Source: an uncultured Clostridium sp.
Lineage (GTDB): Bacteria > Bacillota > Clostridia > TANB77 > CAG-508
Assembly: GCA_947384775.1 (NCBI GenBank)
Contig: CANDIF010000001.1
Coordinates: 121,976-185,975 of the forward strand
Direction: 5' to 3'
DNA: 64,000 nt
Of this stretch, positions 11,953-21,304 are shown piece after piece. A program made the translations under genes and the position numbers. Under the pieces are notes generated by a model that was not told the origin of the DNA, made no database searches, and saw only the letters and a list, made by a program, of their open reading frames with translations. Numbering within the stretch: the first letter of the stretch is position 1; the number at the start of each line of letters is the position of its first letter.

Positions 11953-14283
11953 TTATTCTTCTTTTATAATTCTAGTTGAACATATAGTTATTGTTAAAGA
12001 TATTGCGAACATTACAACTATAAATATTCCAATACTACCAAATGGAATTAATAATTTATTTAAAACTAATACTTGTTCCATTCCTTTTATAATTTTATAT
12101 ATTATTGGTATTGATAATACTGTTGATATAATTAGTGCTTTTACAAACATATATATACATTCATATATCAAAATCTTTTTAATATTTACTTTTGTTGCTC
12201 CCATACGATATAAAATATTAAAATCTTCTTTTCTCTCAATTAGACTAGCATTTATTATATTTATAGTGCTTACTATTCCTATTGTTATTATTGCTATCAT
12301 CATTATTTTTAAAATTAGCTCTACTATATTTATGTACAGGATTTTTTCTTGGTTATCTAGTGTATAGTACTCCCTAGATACACCCAAATTTTTTTCTTCG
12401 ATAGTTTTTTCCATATAATTTTTAAATTCAACAATATCATCACACTTTATTTTTACTTTTAAATTATCTCTCGTATCCCAAAAAGCTCTTGTATTGCCAT
12501 CATTCATATAACTGTGTAATTTTCCATATGTATTTTCTATATAATTATCCATTTTATTATATGTATCCAAATTCATAAATAATGTTGGATAACAGTAAAA
12601 ATCTGTTTTCTCTAGCTCTTTATAACCTTCTATAACTTCATCTGTTAGTATTATTTTTCTATCTAAAATTTGAGATTCGATAATTTCGTATTCCCATATA
12701 TTATTTTGGTATGTTCTATCTATAAGATTCAATTTTAAATTACTATCTTTTTTAAATATAGGTGTGTATGAGTAGGTTGGTTGCGAACTATTTACCTCAA
12801 AGTTGTGTATTATTGTATTATTATAGACTATAAAGTCTCCGTAATTTCCTTTTACTTTGTTTATATATTTATTGTAATTCATATCATTTAAAGCTATAAC
12901 TCTCATTTGAATACTTTTATTTTTGTTTTCGAATTCAAAGCTAAAGCTGTCATCTACAAAGGCATCAGTTGGAATTACTAGGAAGTTATTTTGCCAAACA
13001 TCTCTATATTCAAAATATTCTAATTTTTTATTGTGTTTTTTTTCATATTCTTTTAATATACTAACATAGTCAAAACATCCATTTAATTTTGCTACTTCAT
13101 AAGTATCTTCTGAATAAATAGTTAATTCTGCATCAACGTCGTATTCTGTTACTAAACTAGCAGTTTCTTTTTCATATTCAATGTATGTACTAATTGAAAC
13201 AAACGAAGTTATAGTTACTACCAACAAAAATATTATAAGTCTATACTTGCTTTTATTTCTTCTTATGTTTTTTATTGCTACTTTTCCTTCGGTTGGAAAT
13301 ATTTTTTCTAGTATTGTTTTTCTCTTTTTATTTTTAATTTCTTTATTGTTTCTTATTCCTTGTATAACAGATGTTGAACTTGCTTTTAAACTTGGTATCA
13401 ACACTGAGAAATATATATTTATAACTATAATTATTAACGCTAAAATTATATATTTTATATCAAATACTAAATTAAAGTAATAACCTGCTCTATTTAAAAT
13501 ATTGTTAATATTGCTTAAAGCCATATTTGAAAGTAATACAGAAAGCAATCCTCCCACAATTATTCCTATAATTCCCATTATAATTGCTTCTTTAAATATC
13601 ATTTTTAGAATTTGTCCTTCTGTTCCGCCAACACTATTTAATATTGCATATTCTTTCTTCCTCTCATTAATTGTTATTAAAAAGGCATTGTGCAAAATTA
13701 TAATAAATAAAGCTGAAAAGACAAGCAGTAATATAATTATCATAAGTGTTATTATTGGTGAATAATTTACTCTCATTAGGCATGTTGGAATGCCATTTTT
13801 TTCTGTTATAGATAAATCAATATAACCATGAACTGTAAGAAATGTTTTATTAAATTTGCAAGTAGTATTAATGTTCTTAAATTCTAATTCACTTAAATTT
13901 AATTCTCCAAGTATATTATTTGTATATTCACACACCCTCTTTGTGTCTTTATACTTTAAATATACTGTAGTATTATCAATAGCTTCATAAGAGCTATCGA
14001 CTTTTTCTAAATTTTCGTTTTTGCTTTTTTGTATATAAATTTTATCAATATATGTTTTGTTTCTTATTCTATTAAAACGTTCTTTTGATAAGTCTTTTAA
14101 AATAATGTGATAATCATTATACTCAGTATCAAAATTTTCAGATACTCCATTCCTTATACTTGATATTAGTAATATTGTAGTTAATATAAGTGTTGTACAT
14201 AATATTAATGATATTGTAGTATATAGAGTTCTTTTTTTATTTTTCCTCATGTTATTTAAAGCTAATTTGGTTTCTATTTTCAT
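11953..14283 (-). CDS. ABC transporter permease, FtsX/MacB-like with two FtsX domains
   Basis: 776 aa; N-terminal TM, large extracytoplasmic domains and two 4-TM FtsX modules. No ATPase gene adjacent. Confidence 0.75.
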   Translation of the reverse strand: MKIETKLALNNMRKNKKRTLYTTISLILCTTLILTTILLISSIRNGVSENFDTEYNDYHIILKDLSKERFNRIRNKTYIDKIYIQKSKNENLEKVDSSYEAIDNTTVYLKYKDTKRVCEYTNNILGELNLSELEFKNINTTCKFNKTFLTVHGYIDLSITEKNGIPTCLMRVNYSPIITLMIIILLLVFSALFIIILHNAFLITINERKKEYAILNSVGGTEGQILKMIFKEAIIMGIIGIIVGGLLSVLLSNMALSNINNILNRAGYYFNLVFDIKYIILALIIIVINIYFSVLIPSLKASSTSVIQGIRNNKEIKNKKRKTILEKIFPTEGKVAIKNIRRNKSKYRLIIFLLVVTITSFVSISTYIEYEKETASLVTEYDVDAELTIYSEDTYEVAKLNGCFDYVSILKEYEKKHNKKLEYFEYRDVWQNNFLVIPTDAFVDDSFSFEFENKNKSIQMRVIALNDMNYNKYINKVKGNYGDFIVYNNTIIHNFEVNSSQPTYSYTPIFKKDSNLKLNLIDRTYQNNIWEYEIIESQILDRKIILTDEVIEGYKELEKTDFYCYPTLFMNLDTYNKMDNYIENTYGKLHSYMNDGNTRAFWDTRDNLKVKIKCDDIVEFKNYMEKTIEEKNLGVSREYYTLDNQEKILYINIVELILKIMMIAIITIGIVSTINIINASLIERKEDFNILYRMGATKVNIKKILIYECIYMFVKALIISTVLSIPIIYKIIKGMEQVLVLNKLLIPFGSIGIFIVVMFAISLTITICSTRIIKEE

Positions 14284-14356
14284 ATTAACTTTTCTCCTTA
14301 TTTTATTATAAGTTGTATTTTAACATATAGTTAAATAATTATCAAATTGTAAATTT

Positions 14357-14390
14357 ATAAAACGGAGAGCCCGCTGTCGCGAAGCTCTCC
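14357..14390 (-). terminator. GC-rich hairpin terminator downstream of the 166-aa secreted-protein gene
   Basis: ggagagcccgctgtcgcgaagctctcc followed on the minus strand by GTTTTATAAATTT. Confidence 0.5.
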
Positions 14391-14476
14391 TAAATAAGAT
14401 ACGAGTGTGCAGAAAAGTTATTACTTACTTATTACAATTTTAAGTGTACCAATTATACAGAGAATCCAATAAAAGT

Positions 14477-14977
14477 TTAGCTTAAATCTGTATAGATGGC
14501 CTCCATTTCCACCGAATATTTCCCAGATTTTGCCGTATAAATTACCCACACCTCATAGTTTCCTGGAGTAAAATCGCTATAATACCAATCACCATGCCAT
14601 TGTCCATCTGCTATCGCTGTAAAACTCCTCTTGATTCCAGTTGTAGTGTTGTACAGCTCAAAAACTACCGCTTTGTCTTTTGTTCCAGACAGCAAATTAC
14701 CAGTAAGTTTGTGCCTAATGGCATTCTTTTGCCCAGAAATATTAATTCCACCTATGAGCATGTGGGGTGAATCTGTAAAGCTCCTACTAGTCGAAAAGTA
14801 GTTTTCCCTACTTTTTAACACCCCTTCATTCATAGAAATCGGAGTAGTAATTTCAACTACTTCAGTTGTCTGGTTTGCTGCAGGAACTTGCTCTGCCGCC
14901 ATAGCGGAAGTGCTGATACTCATCAGCATTACAACCGCCATAATGGCAGCTGCAATCGATTTAAGATGTTTACGCAT
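14477..14977 (-). CDS. Secreted protein of unknown function; higher-GC islet gene
   Basis: 166 aa with a cleavable-looking signal peptide (AMAAEQ), good RBS ggagga, ~40% GC versus ~28% background. Confidence 0.55.
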   Translation of the reverse strand: MRKHLKSIAAAIMAVVMLMSISTSAMAAEQVPAANQTTEVVEITTPISMNEGVLKSRENYFSTSRSFTDSPHMLIGGINISGQKNAIRHKLTGNLLSGTKDKAVVFELYNTTTGIKRSFTAIADGQWHGDWYYSDFTPGNYEVWVIYTAKSGKYSVEMEAIYTDLS

Positions 14978-15197
14978 TGTGTTGTCCTCCTAAATAAATA
15001 GATTGCACACTCGTACTTATTTTCAATAATATTGCACCCGCATTACATATATATATTACTACAAAGTTTTATCAAAAAAATGAAAATTTGTATCTAATTT
15101 TTTAAGAAAAAACTGAAAAAAAGTGAAAAAAAGTGAAAAAAATCATGAGAAATATAATTGTTTTTTTCTCATGATTTTTAATCAGTTCCATTTTTTA

Positions 15198-15983
15198 TTA
15201 ATATTCTACTATCTCTATAGATTGTACTTCTAATTCATTTAAAGGTTTATTTATATCCTTATATTGTACACCTACGGTTATTCCATTTTCTAATTGTCCT
15301 AATATTTTAACATCTTCTGTTAAGTTAACCTTTATTGCAAATGGAAAGTCATAATCATTATCTGAAATATTGTATTTCAAATAAAACTCATTAGAATTAT
15401 CATAGTATTCTTCAACTGTTATTATAGCTTCCCTCTCTTTATTTAATGCTTCCCTTTTCATATTCTCATAATCTTTTGCTTTTAAAACAATAAATGTGTT
15501 GACATTTATATCAGAACTATTTTCATTTTTTAGAGCATTTTTTGAAAGAATCAAAATATCTCCTTCTTCAATATAATCTGCATTATATTCAACATGTGTA
15601 ATATAATCTATGCATTTTTGTTTAGTATTTGCTATATGTGCTTCTGTATATTCTTCCATTTCGAATCCAAATTCTCCAAAGTGCTGTCCATTAAACATAA
15701 ATATTCTACCATCATGATTAAATTCTACTATACCTTGTATACGTTCTGACTTTGGTATTTGTGGTAACTCACCTTTTTTATCTTCAAAAGATACAACATT
15801 TCCATCTTTATCAAACATGTTATTTTCATATATTGGGTGTTTGATAGAATTATTGTTTATTTGATTTTCCTGTTTTTCTTCCTCTTTTTCATCTTTTTTG
15901 TTACTTTTATTTGCTAAAAATAGTATGCCAGCTACTATAAGCACTAACAAAAGGCAAAAACATATTATTTTAATCTTATTCAT
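15198..15983 (-). CDS. Membrane-anchored hypothetical protein
   Basis: 261 aa; single N-terminal TM, charged linker. Confidence 0.5.
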   Translation of the reverse strand: MNKIKIICFCLLLVLIVAGILFLANKSNKKDEKEEEKQENQINNNSIKHPIYENNMFDKDGNVVSFEDKKGELPQIPKSERIQGIVEFNHDGRIFMFNGQHFGEFGFEMEEYTEAHIANTKQKCIDYITHVEYNADYIEEGDILILSKNALKNENSSDINVNTFIVLKAKDYENMKREALNKEREAIITVEEYYDNSNEFYLKYNISDNDYDFPFAIKVNLTEDVKILGQLENGITVGVQYKDINKPLNELEVQSIEIVEY

Positions 15984-15984
15984 T

Positions 15985-16731
15985 TTAATTCCTACTTTCT
16001 TCTTTCATTTTATTTGAAATTATTTCTTTTAAGCTTTCTATTTGTTCTCTTCTTGAAGCTTCAGTATTTGGATATACTGGCTCTAATATTTTTAATGTAA
16101 TAAATGGTTTTTCCTTTATGAATTTACGCCATCCTGTTACTTCTCTAAATTTAAATACTATAGGTATCACTGGTACATTATTTCTTGTTGCTACTTCAAA
16201 TGCACCATTTTTAAATTTTCTAATCTTTTCATGATATGGCCACATTGAAGCTTCTGGATAAAAATGTACTTTTTCTTTCTTTGCCAGTAAGTCATTTATT
16301 GCTAATAGTAATCTTTTCTTACTATTTATATTATCTGATATTGGTAACGCATTTAGCAATTTTACAAGATGTCTTATAACTGGCATTTTGAATGAACCAT
16401 CAGAAGCTGTATAATAAATTCTTTTTGGAAACATTGCTAATCCTATCATTGCACAATCTAAAAAATGTACATGATTAGAAACTGTTATAGCAGCTCCATT
16501 TACTTTTTTTAAATTCTCTCTTCCTTCTATTTTAAGTCCAAACATCACTTTTGATATTATATATATAACTGGTACTGCAATAAAATAATATACAATATCA
16601 GAGATTAAATTATATAAATCATTGTCACTTACGAATTTATAGTTTTCATTTGAATCGAAATCTAATGGAGTCCACATATCAATAATATCAGAGTTTTCAT
16701 CTACATCTTCTAGATTATTTATCTTTTCCAT
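15985..16731 (-). CDS. 1-acyl-sn-glycerol-3-phosphate acyltransferase family protein (PlsC-like)
   Basis: 248 aa; acyltransferase H-x4-D motif NHVHFLD. Confidence 0.75.
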   Translation of the reverse strand: MEKINNLEDVDENSDIIDMWTPLDFDSNENYKFVSDNDLYNLISDIVYYFIAVPVIYIISKVMFGLKIEGRENLKKVNGAAITVSNHVHFLDCAMIGLAMFPKRIYYTASDGSFKMPVIRHLVKLLNALPISDNINSKKRLLLAINDLLAKKEKVHFYPEASMWPYHEKIRKFKNGAFEVATRNNVPVIPIVFKFREVTGWRKFIKEKPFITLKILEPVYPNTEASRREQIESLKEIISNKMKEESRN

Positions 16732-16772
16732 TTATTACACCTCCTCTTGTCAGTTTTATAAAATTTATATGA

Positions 16773-17882
16773 TTAGATTTTTTTATTACATTCTTCAATA
16801 ATCAAATTACATATTTTTTCACAAGTATGTTTGTCAATATATTTTTTCTGATTTTCAATCATTTGATTTCTTATACTTTCATTGTTAATTATTTTTTGTG
16901 TTTCTTCACAAATTTCTTCAATTGTATCACATTTCTTTGACATTCCTCTTTTTTCAAAGAAATCTGCATTACAGTTTTCACATCCAGGTATTGGCATTGT
17001 GTGAATTATTGGAATATTTATTGTTCCTGCTTCAGTTGTTGTAAGTCCTCCAGGTTTTGTTAACAATACCTCACTAATTTTCATATATTTACATATCTTA
17101 TCTGTAAATCCTATTGGTATTACTTTGTCTAAAGTATATCTATTTTTTAATTGTTCTTGTAATTTTTTATTATTTCCGCAAATTACTATATTAGTAGTGT
17201 TTACTTTTTTAGACAATTCTTCCACAATTTGTACAGTATTTCCAAAACCCATACTTCCTGTCATTATCAAGGTGTATTTTTTTGTTTTATCTAAGTTTAA
17301 TTCATTATAACATTCTTCTTTTTTTAAGTCCATGGAAAATTCTTTATAAACGGGTATTCCTAAAGGAATAATTTTATCTTTATTTACCCCTTTTTTCTCA
17401 AAATCATGAATTAAATCTTTATGAGGAACTACTATGTAATCTGGATTAGTTTCTCTCCAAAATGGTATATATGTATAATCTGTGCATATCTCAATAAAGT
17501 GTATGTCGTTATGTTCTTTTTTTATGCGAGTTAGTGCTTGTGCTGCAAATAAATGTGTTGTTGCAACATAATCATAGTTGTTAGCTTTTATATAATCATA
17601 AAGTTTCTTTTTTGCAAGACTATTTAATGCATATACTGGTGATTTTAATTTCGTATTATCGTAGAAAGTTCCTATCTTATATACTCTTTTAAAAATCCTT
17701 CCTTTTCCAGTTGTACTTTTAATATAAAGATTATTTACTAAGTTTCTAACTCTAGGATTTATAATATCTAAATATTCTTTAAAGTCAGCTATTACATTAT
17801 TATTATTTAATTCATTTACTATTGCTTTTGCTGCCGAATTATGTCCTCCTCCTGTACCACAGGATAAAACTAATACTTTCAT
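16773..17882 (-). CDS. Diacylglycerol glycosyltransferase (MGDG synthase/UgtP-like, GT28 family)
   Basis: 369 aa; N-terminal GTGGGH motif. Confidence 0.75.
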   Translation of the reverse strand: MKVLVLSCGTGGGHNSAAKAIVNELNNNNVIADFKEYLDIINPRVRNLVNNLYIKSTTGKGRIFKRVYKIGTFYDNTKLKSPVYALNSLAKKKLYDYIKANNYDYVATTHLFAAQALTRIKKEHNDIHFIEICTDYTYIPFWRETNPDYIVVPHKDLIHDFEKKGVNKDKIIPLGIPVYKEFSMDLKKEECYNELNLDKTKKYTLIMTGSMGFGNTVQIVEELSKKVNTTNIVICGNNKKLQEQLKNRYTLDKVIPIGFTDKICKYMKISEVLLTKPGGLTTTEAGTINIPIIHTMPIPGCENCNADFFEKRGMSKKCDTIEEICEETQKIINNESIRNQMIENQKKYIDKHTCEKICNLIIEECNKKI

Positions 17883-17896
17883 TATTACTCCTTTTT

Positions 17897-18631
17897 TTAA
17901 TAATATACTTCTACTAAATATAGTCCGTGTGCTGGTAATGTTTTTCCTGCTCGAGTTCTGTCTTTTGATTCTATTATTTCAGCTATTTCGTTTGGACTTA
18001 TTTTCCCAAAGCCAACATCTACAATTGTTCCTGCAATTATTCTTACCATATTGTACATAAATCCATTTCCAGTTAGTTCTATCAATATTCTTTCATTATC
18101 TATCTTTATTTCAGCTTTATATATTTCTCTTATTGAGTCTTTAGAACTAGTACCACTTGCTCTAAAGCCTTTAAAATCGTGTTTTCCTTCAAAGTATTTT
18201 ATAGCTTGTTTCATTTTAATTATATCTAATTTTTGAGGAATATGGTATTCTAAATCTCTATATATGGCAGTTCCTTGATATGAATTATTAATTACATATC
18301 TATATTTCTTTCCTTTACATTTATATCTTGCATGAAAATCTTCTTCTACTTCTTCTGCTGATTTTATAACAATGCTTTTCTTTAATTTTGAATTTATTGC
18401 TATTGCAAACTTTTCTATTTCTATCTTACTGTTTGTCCTAAAGTTTGCAACTTGTCCTAGACTATGAACTCCTGCATCAGTTCTACCAGATGCTATTAAA
18501 TCAACATTTTCTCCAGTTATTTCTTTTATTGCTTGTTCTATTTCGCCTTGAATGTTTAATTTGGTGGGCTGTTTTTGCCATCCACCAAATTTTTTACCAT
18601 CATATTCTATTATTAATTTTATATTTCGCAT
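17897..18631 (-). CDS. truA: tRNA pseudouridine(38-40) synthase
   Basis: 244 aa; RTDAGVH catalytic-Asp motif. Confidence 0.9.
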   Translation of the reverse strand: MRNIKLIIEYDGKKFGGWQKQPTKLNIQGEIEQAIKEITGENVDLIASGRTDAGVHSLGQVANFRTNSKIEIEKFAIAINSKLKKSIVIKSAEEVEEDFHARYKCKGKKYRYVINNSYQGTAIYRDLEYHIPQKLDIIKMKQAIKYFEGKHDFKGFRASGTSSKDSIREIYKAEIKIDNERILIELTGNGFMYNMVRIIAGTIVDVGFGKISPNEIAEIIESKDRTRAGKTLPAHGLYLVEVYY

Positions 18632-19509
18632 TATTTCCTCTTCATTTTTTTCTTTTTATTATCTTCTATTTTTGGTACCAAATTCTTTATTAATATTTGT
18701 TTTAAAGCATCTTCTTTTACATCTGCAATCAATGTACCATTTTTTGCAACTGATATTTTCCCAGTTTCTTCTGATACAACAACTACTATTGCATCTGTTT
18801 CTTTTGAAATACCTAATGCTGATCTATGCCTTGTTCCTAAAGTTTTTGGAATATTCTTATCATTTGCAAGTGGTAACATACAAGCTGCTGCCATTATTTT
18901 GCTTTCACTTATTATTACTGCACCATCATGCAAAGGAGTTTTGGGTTCAAATATATTTACTAGTAATTGTGGTGATATTTCGGAATTAATGACAATTCCT
19001 GAATCTATTATATCCTTTAATTTTATACTTTTTTCTATAACTATAAGTGCACCTGTTTTTGATTGAGATAACTCTGATGTTGCTATAGTTAATTTGAATA
19101 TATTTTCCTTTACCTTGTTAGCAATTTCCTCATCTATTCCAAAAAATCTATTTACTTTATTTGATCCTAGTTGTTCTAACCCTCTTCTTATCTCTGGTTG
19201 AAACATAATAATAAGTAATATTACTCCATATGTCATAAATGAAGTTAAAATCATATTAAGTATTCTTAAACTAAATATTGAACTTAATATTGTAGCAATT
19301 ATCAAAAAGAAAATTCCTTTTAATAATTGCAAAGCTCTTGTCCCTTTTACGAGTTGAAAAAATTTAACTGCCAATAATATAACTATTGTAATATCTATTA
19401 TAAATGTGATTAATTGTGTTGGACTATTACGTAATGCATCAACGTAATTTATTATATTATCTACTAAGCTTCCTTCTTCAATTGAAGGAATTTCAACAGT
19501 TTTTAGCAT
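18631..19509 (-). CDS. cdaA: Diadenylate cyclase (c-di-AMP synthase), CdaA-type
   Basis: 292 aa; three N-terminal TM helices then DAC domain (DGA, RHR, TRHRSALG motifs). Confidence 0.85.
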   Translation of the reverse strand: MLKTVEIPSIEEGSLVDNIINYVDALRNSPTQLITFIIDITIVILLAVKFFQLVKGTRALQLLKGIFFLIIATILSSIFSLRILNMILTSFMTYGVILLIIMFQPEIRRGLEQLGSNKVNRFFGIDEEIANKVKENIFKLTIATSELSQSKTGALIVIEKSIKLKDIIDSGIVINSEISPQLLVNIFEPKTPLHDGAVIISESKIMAAACMLPLANDKNIPKTLGTRHRSALGISKETDAIVVVVSEETGKISVAKNGTLIADVKEDALKQILIKNLVPKIEDNKKKKMKRK

Positions 19510-19629
19510 TCGTTTTCCTCCTATTATCTACCTATTAGCATATATATTAATGATACAGCAACACTTAATACCATCATTAATGCTAAAACTAAAGCAAATA
19601 TTTTTACAAATATTTTTTGTTTTTTGTTA

Positions 19630-20217
19630 TTACTCATTCGTATCCCTCTTTTCTCTTTTAATCTTATATTCATTTTCAATTATTGTCATAATGATTTGAA
19701 CAGTTTTTTCTAAATCATCATTTTTTAATACATAATCATAAATTCCAATTTTAGATTCTTCATAATCAAATCTATTTAATCTTAATTCTATTTCTTTAAT
19801 ACTAGCTTTTTCTACTCTATGTTCTAATCTTCTTCTTAGTTCTTCTTTAGGAACTCTTAAAAATATAGTAATAATATCTAATTGTTCTTTTAAAAGTTTT
19901 AATAAGTTTTCAGTTCCATTTACTTCAATATCTTTTACAATAATTTTTCCTGAGCTAATTTTATCATTTAAAACTTTCTTAGAAGTTCCATAATAATGTT
20001 CATGATGAACTGAATACTCATAGAATTCACCACTTTTAATTTTATTTTCAAACTCTTCAGTTGATATGAAATTATAAATTTTGCCATTTTCTTCACCAGG
20101 TCTTGGACTTCTATCAGTATATGAAGGCATTGAAGTTACATTATCCATTCTCTTTATTAATTCTTTTTTTATAGTATCTTTTCCTGCTCCTGAAACGCCT
20201 GATAATAAAACTAACAT
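19630..20217 (-). CDS. gmk: Guanylate kinase
   Basis: 195 aa; P-loop GVSGAGK, RPPRPGE-like motif, YYGT. Confidence 0.8.
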   Translation of the reverse strand: MLVLLSGVSGAGKDTIKKELIKRMDNVTSMPSYTDRSPRPGEENGKIYNFISTEEFENKIKSGEFYEYSVHHEHYYGTSKKVLNDKISSGKIIVKDIEVNGTENLLKLLKEQLDIITIFLRVPKEELRRRLEHRVEKASIKEIELRLNRFDYEESKIGIYDYVLKNDDLEKTVQIIMTIIENEYKIKREKRDTNE

Positions 20218-20399
20218 TCTTTCACCTTACCTTCTGCTATTTCATTTGCAGCTATTGTAACTGCAGATTTTTCCTTAATATTTGTTAAAGGTATTTGTCC
20301 TTCTGAAATTTGTCTTGCACGTCTTGAAACTAGTATAACTAATGCAAATCTGTTATCAATTTTTTCTAGTAAGTCTGTAACAGTTGGTTTAATAATCAT
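20211..20399 (-). CDS. rpoZ: DNA-directed RNA polymerase subunit omega
   Basis: 62 aa; LLEKIDNRFALVILVSRRARQ matches RpoZ core. Confidence 0.8.
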   Translation of the reverse strand: MIIKPTVTDLLEKIDNRFALVILVSRRARQISEGQIPLTNIKEKSAVTIAANEIAEGKVKEC

Positions 20400-20423
20400 T
20401 TTAATTCTCCCCCTTTTTATTTA

Positions 20424-21302
20424 TTATTCAACATTTTGAATCTGCTCACGGATGTTTTCTAATTCTGTTTTTATTTCTATTACATAATTTGTAATCTGTA
20501 AATTATTTGCTTTTGAACCTATTGTATTTGTTTCCCTATTCATTTCTTGAATTAGGAAATCTATCTTTTTACCATTTGCTGTATTGCTATTCAATAAATC
20601 TCTAAATTGAACTATATGACTTTTTAGTCTTGTTAGTTCTTCTTCTATCGAGCATTTATCTGAGTATATAACAACCTCTTGTGCAAGTCTATTTTCATCA
20701 ACTACATTGTTTTTTAGAATTTCATTAATTCTTTTTTCTAATTTTACTATATATTCTTGCACAAGTCCAGAAGAAATATTATCAATTTCATTTACATTTT
20801 GTTCAATTATATAAATACGTTCTTCTAGGTCTTCTTGAATTTTTAATCCTTCTTTTTTTCTCATATTTATAAAATTATTTATGGCTTCAGATAATGCTAT
20901 TTCTAGTTCATTCCATATTAGATTTTCTGCTTCTTCATCTAGTTGAATGTTTAGCACATCTGGTAGTTTTAGTATTTCCTGTATATTTATTAATTGAGAA
21001 TTATTTGTTTCATCTGATAAATTTTTAATTTCATTTATATACAATTTTGCAAGTTCTGAGTTTATTCTAATATTTTTTCCCTTATCACTATAATTATTAA
21101 AAGTTATAAAAACTTCTACTTTACCTCTAGAAATTGCTGTTGTTATTTTCTGTTTTACTTTTTCTTCTAAAAAGCTTATACTTCTTGGCATTTTAATAGA
21201 TATATCGCTATATCTATTATTTACAGATTTAATATCAACTATATATTCTCTAGAATTGGTTTCATATTTAGCTCTACCAAAGCCTGTCATACTTTTTAAC
21301 AT
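20424..21302 (-). CDS. YicC/YloC family stress-induced protein
   Basis: 292 aa; N-terminal MTGFGR motif. Confidence 0.85.
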   Translation of the reverse strand: MLKSMTGFGRAKYETNSREYIVDIKSVNNRYSDISIKMPRSISFLEEKVKQKITTAISRGKVEVFITFNNYSDKGKNIRINSELAKLYINEIKNLSDETNNSQLINIQEILKLPDVLNIQLDEEAENLIWNELEIALSEAINNFINMRKKEGLKIQEDLEERIYIIEQNVNEIDNISSGLVQEYIVKLEKRINEILKNNVVDENRLAQEVVIYSDKCSIEEELTRLKSHIVQFRDLLNSNTANGKKIDFLIQEMNRETNTIGSKANNLQITNYVIEIKTELENIREQIQNVE

Positions 21303-21304
21303 TT

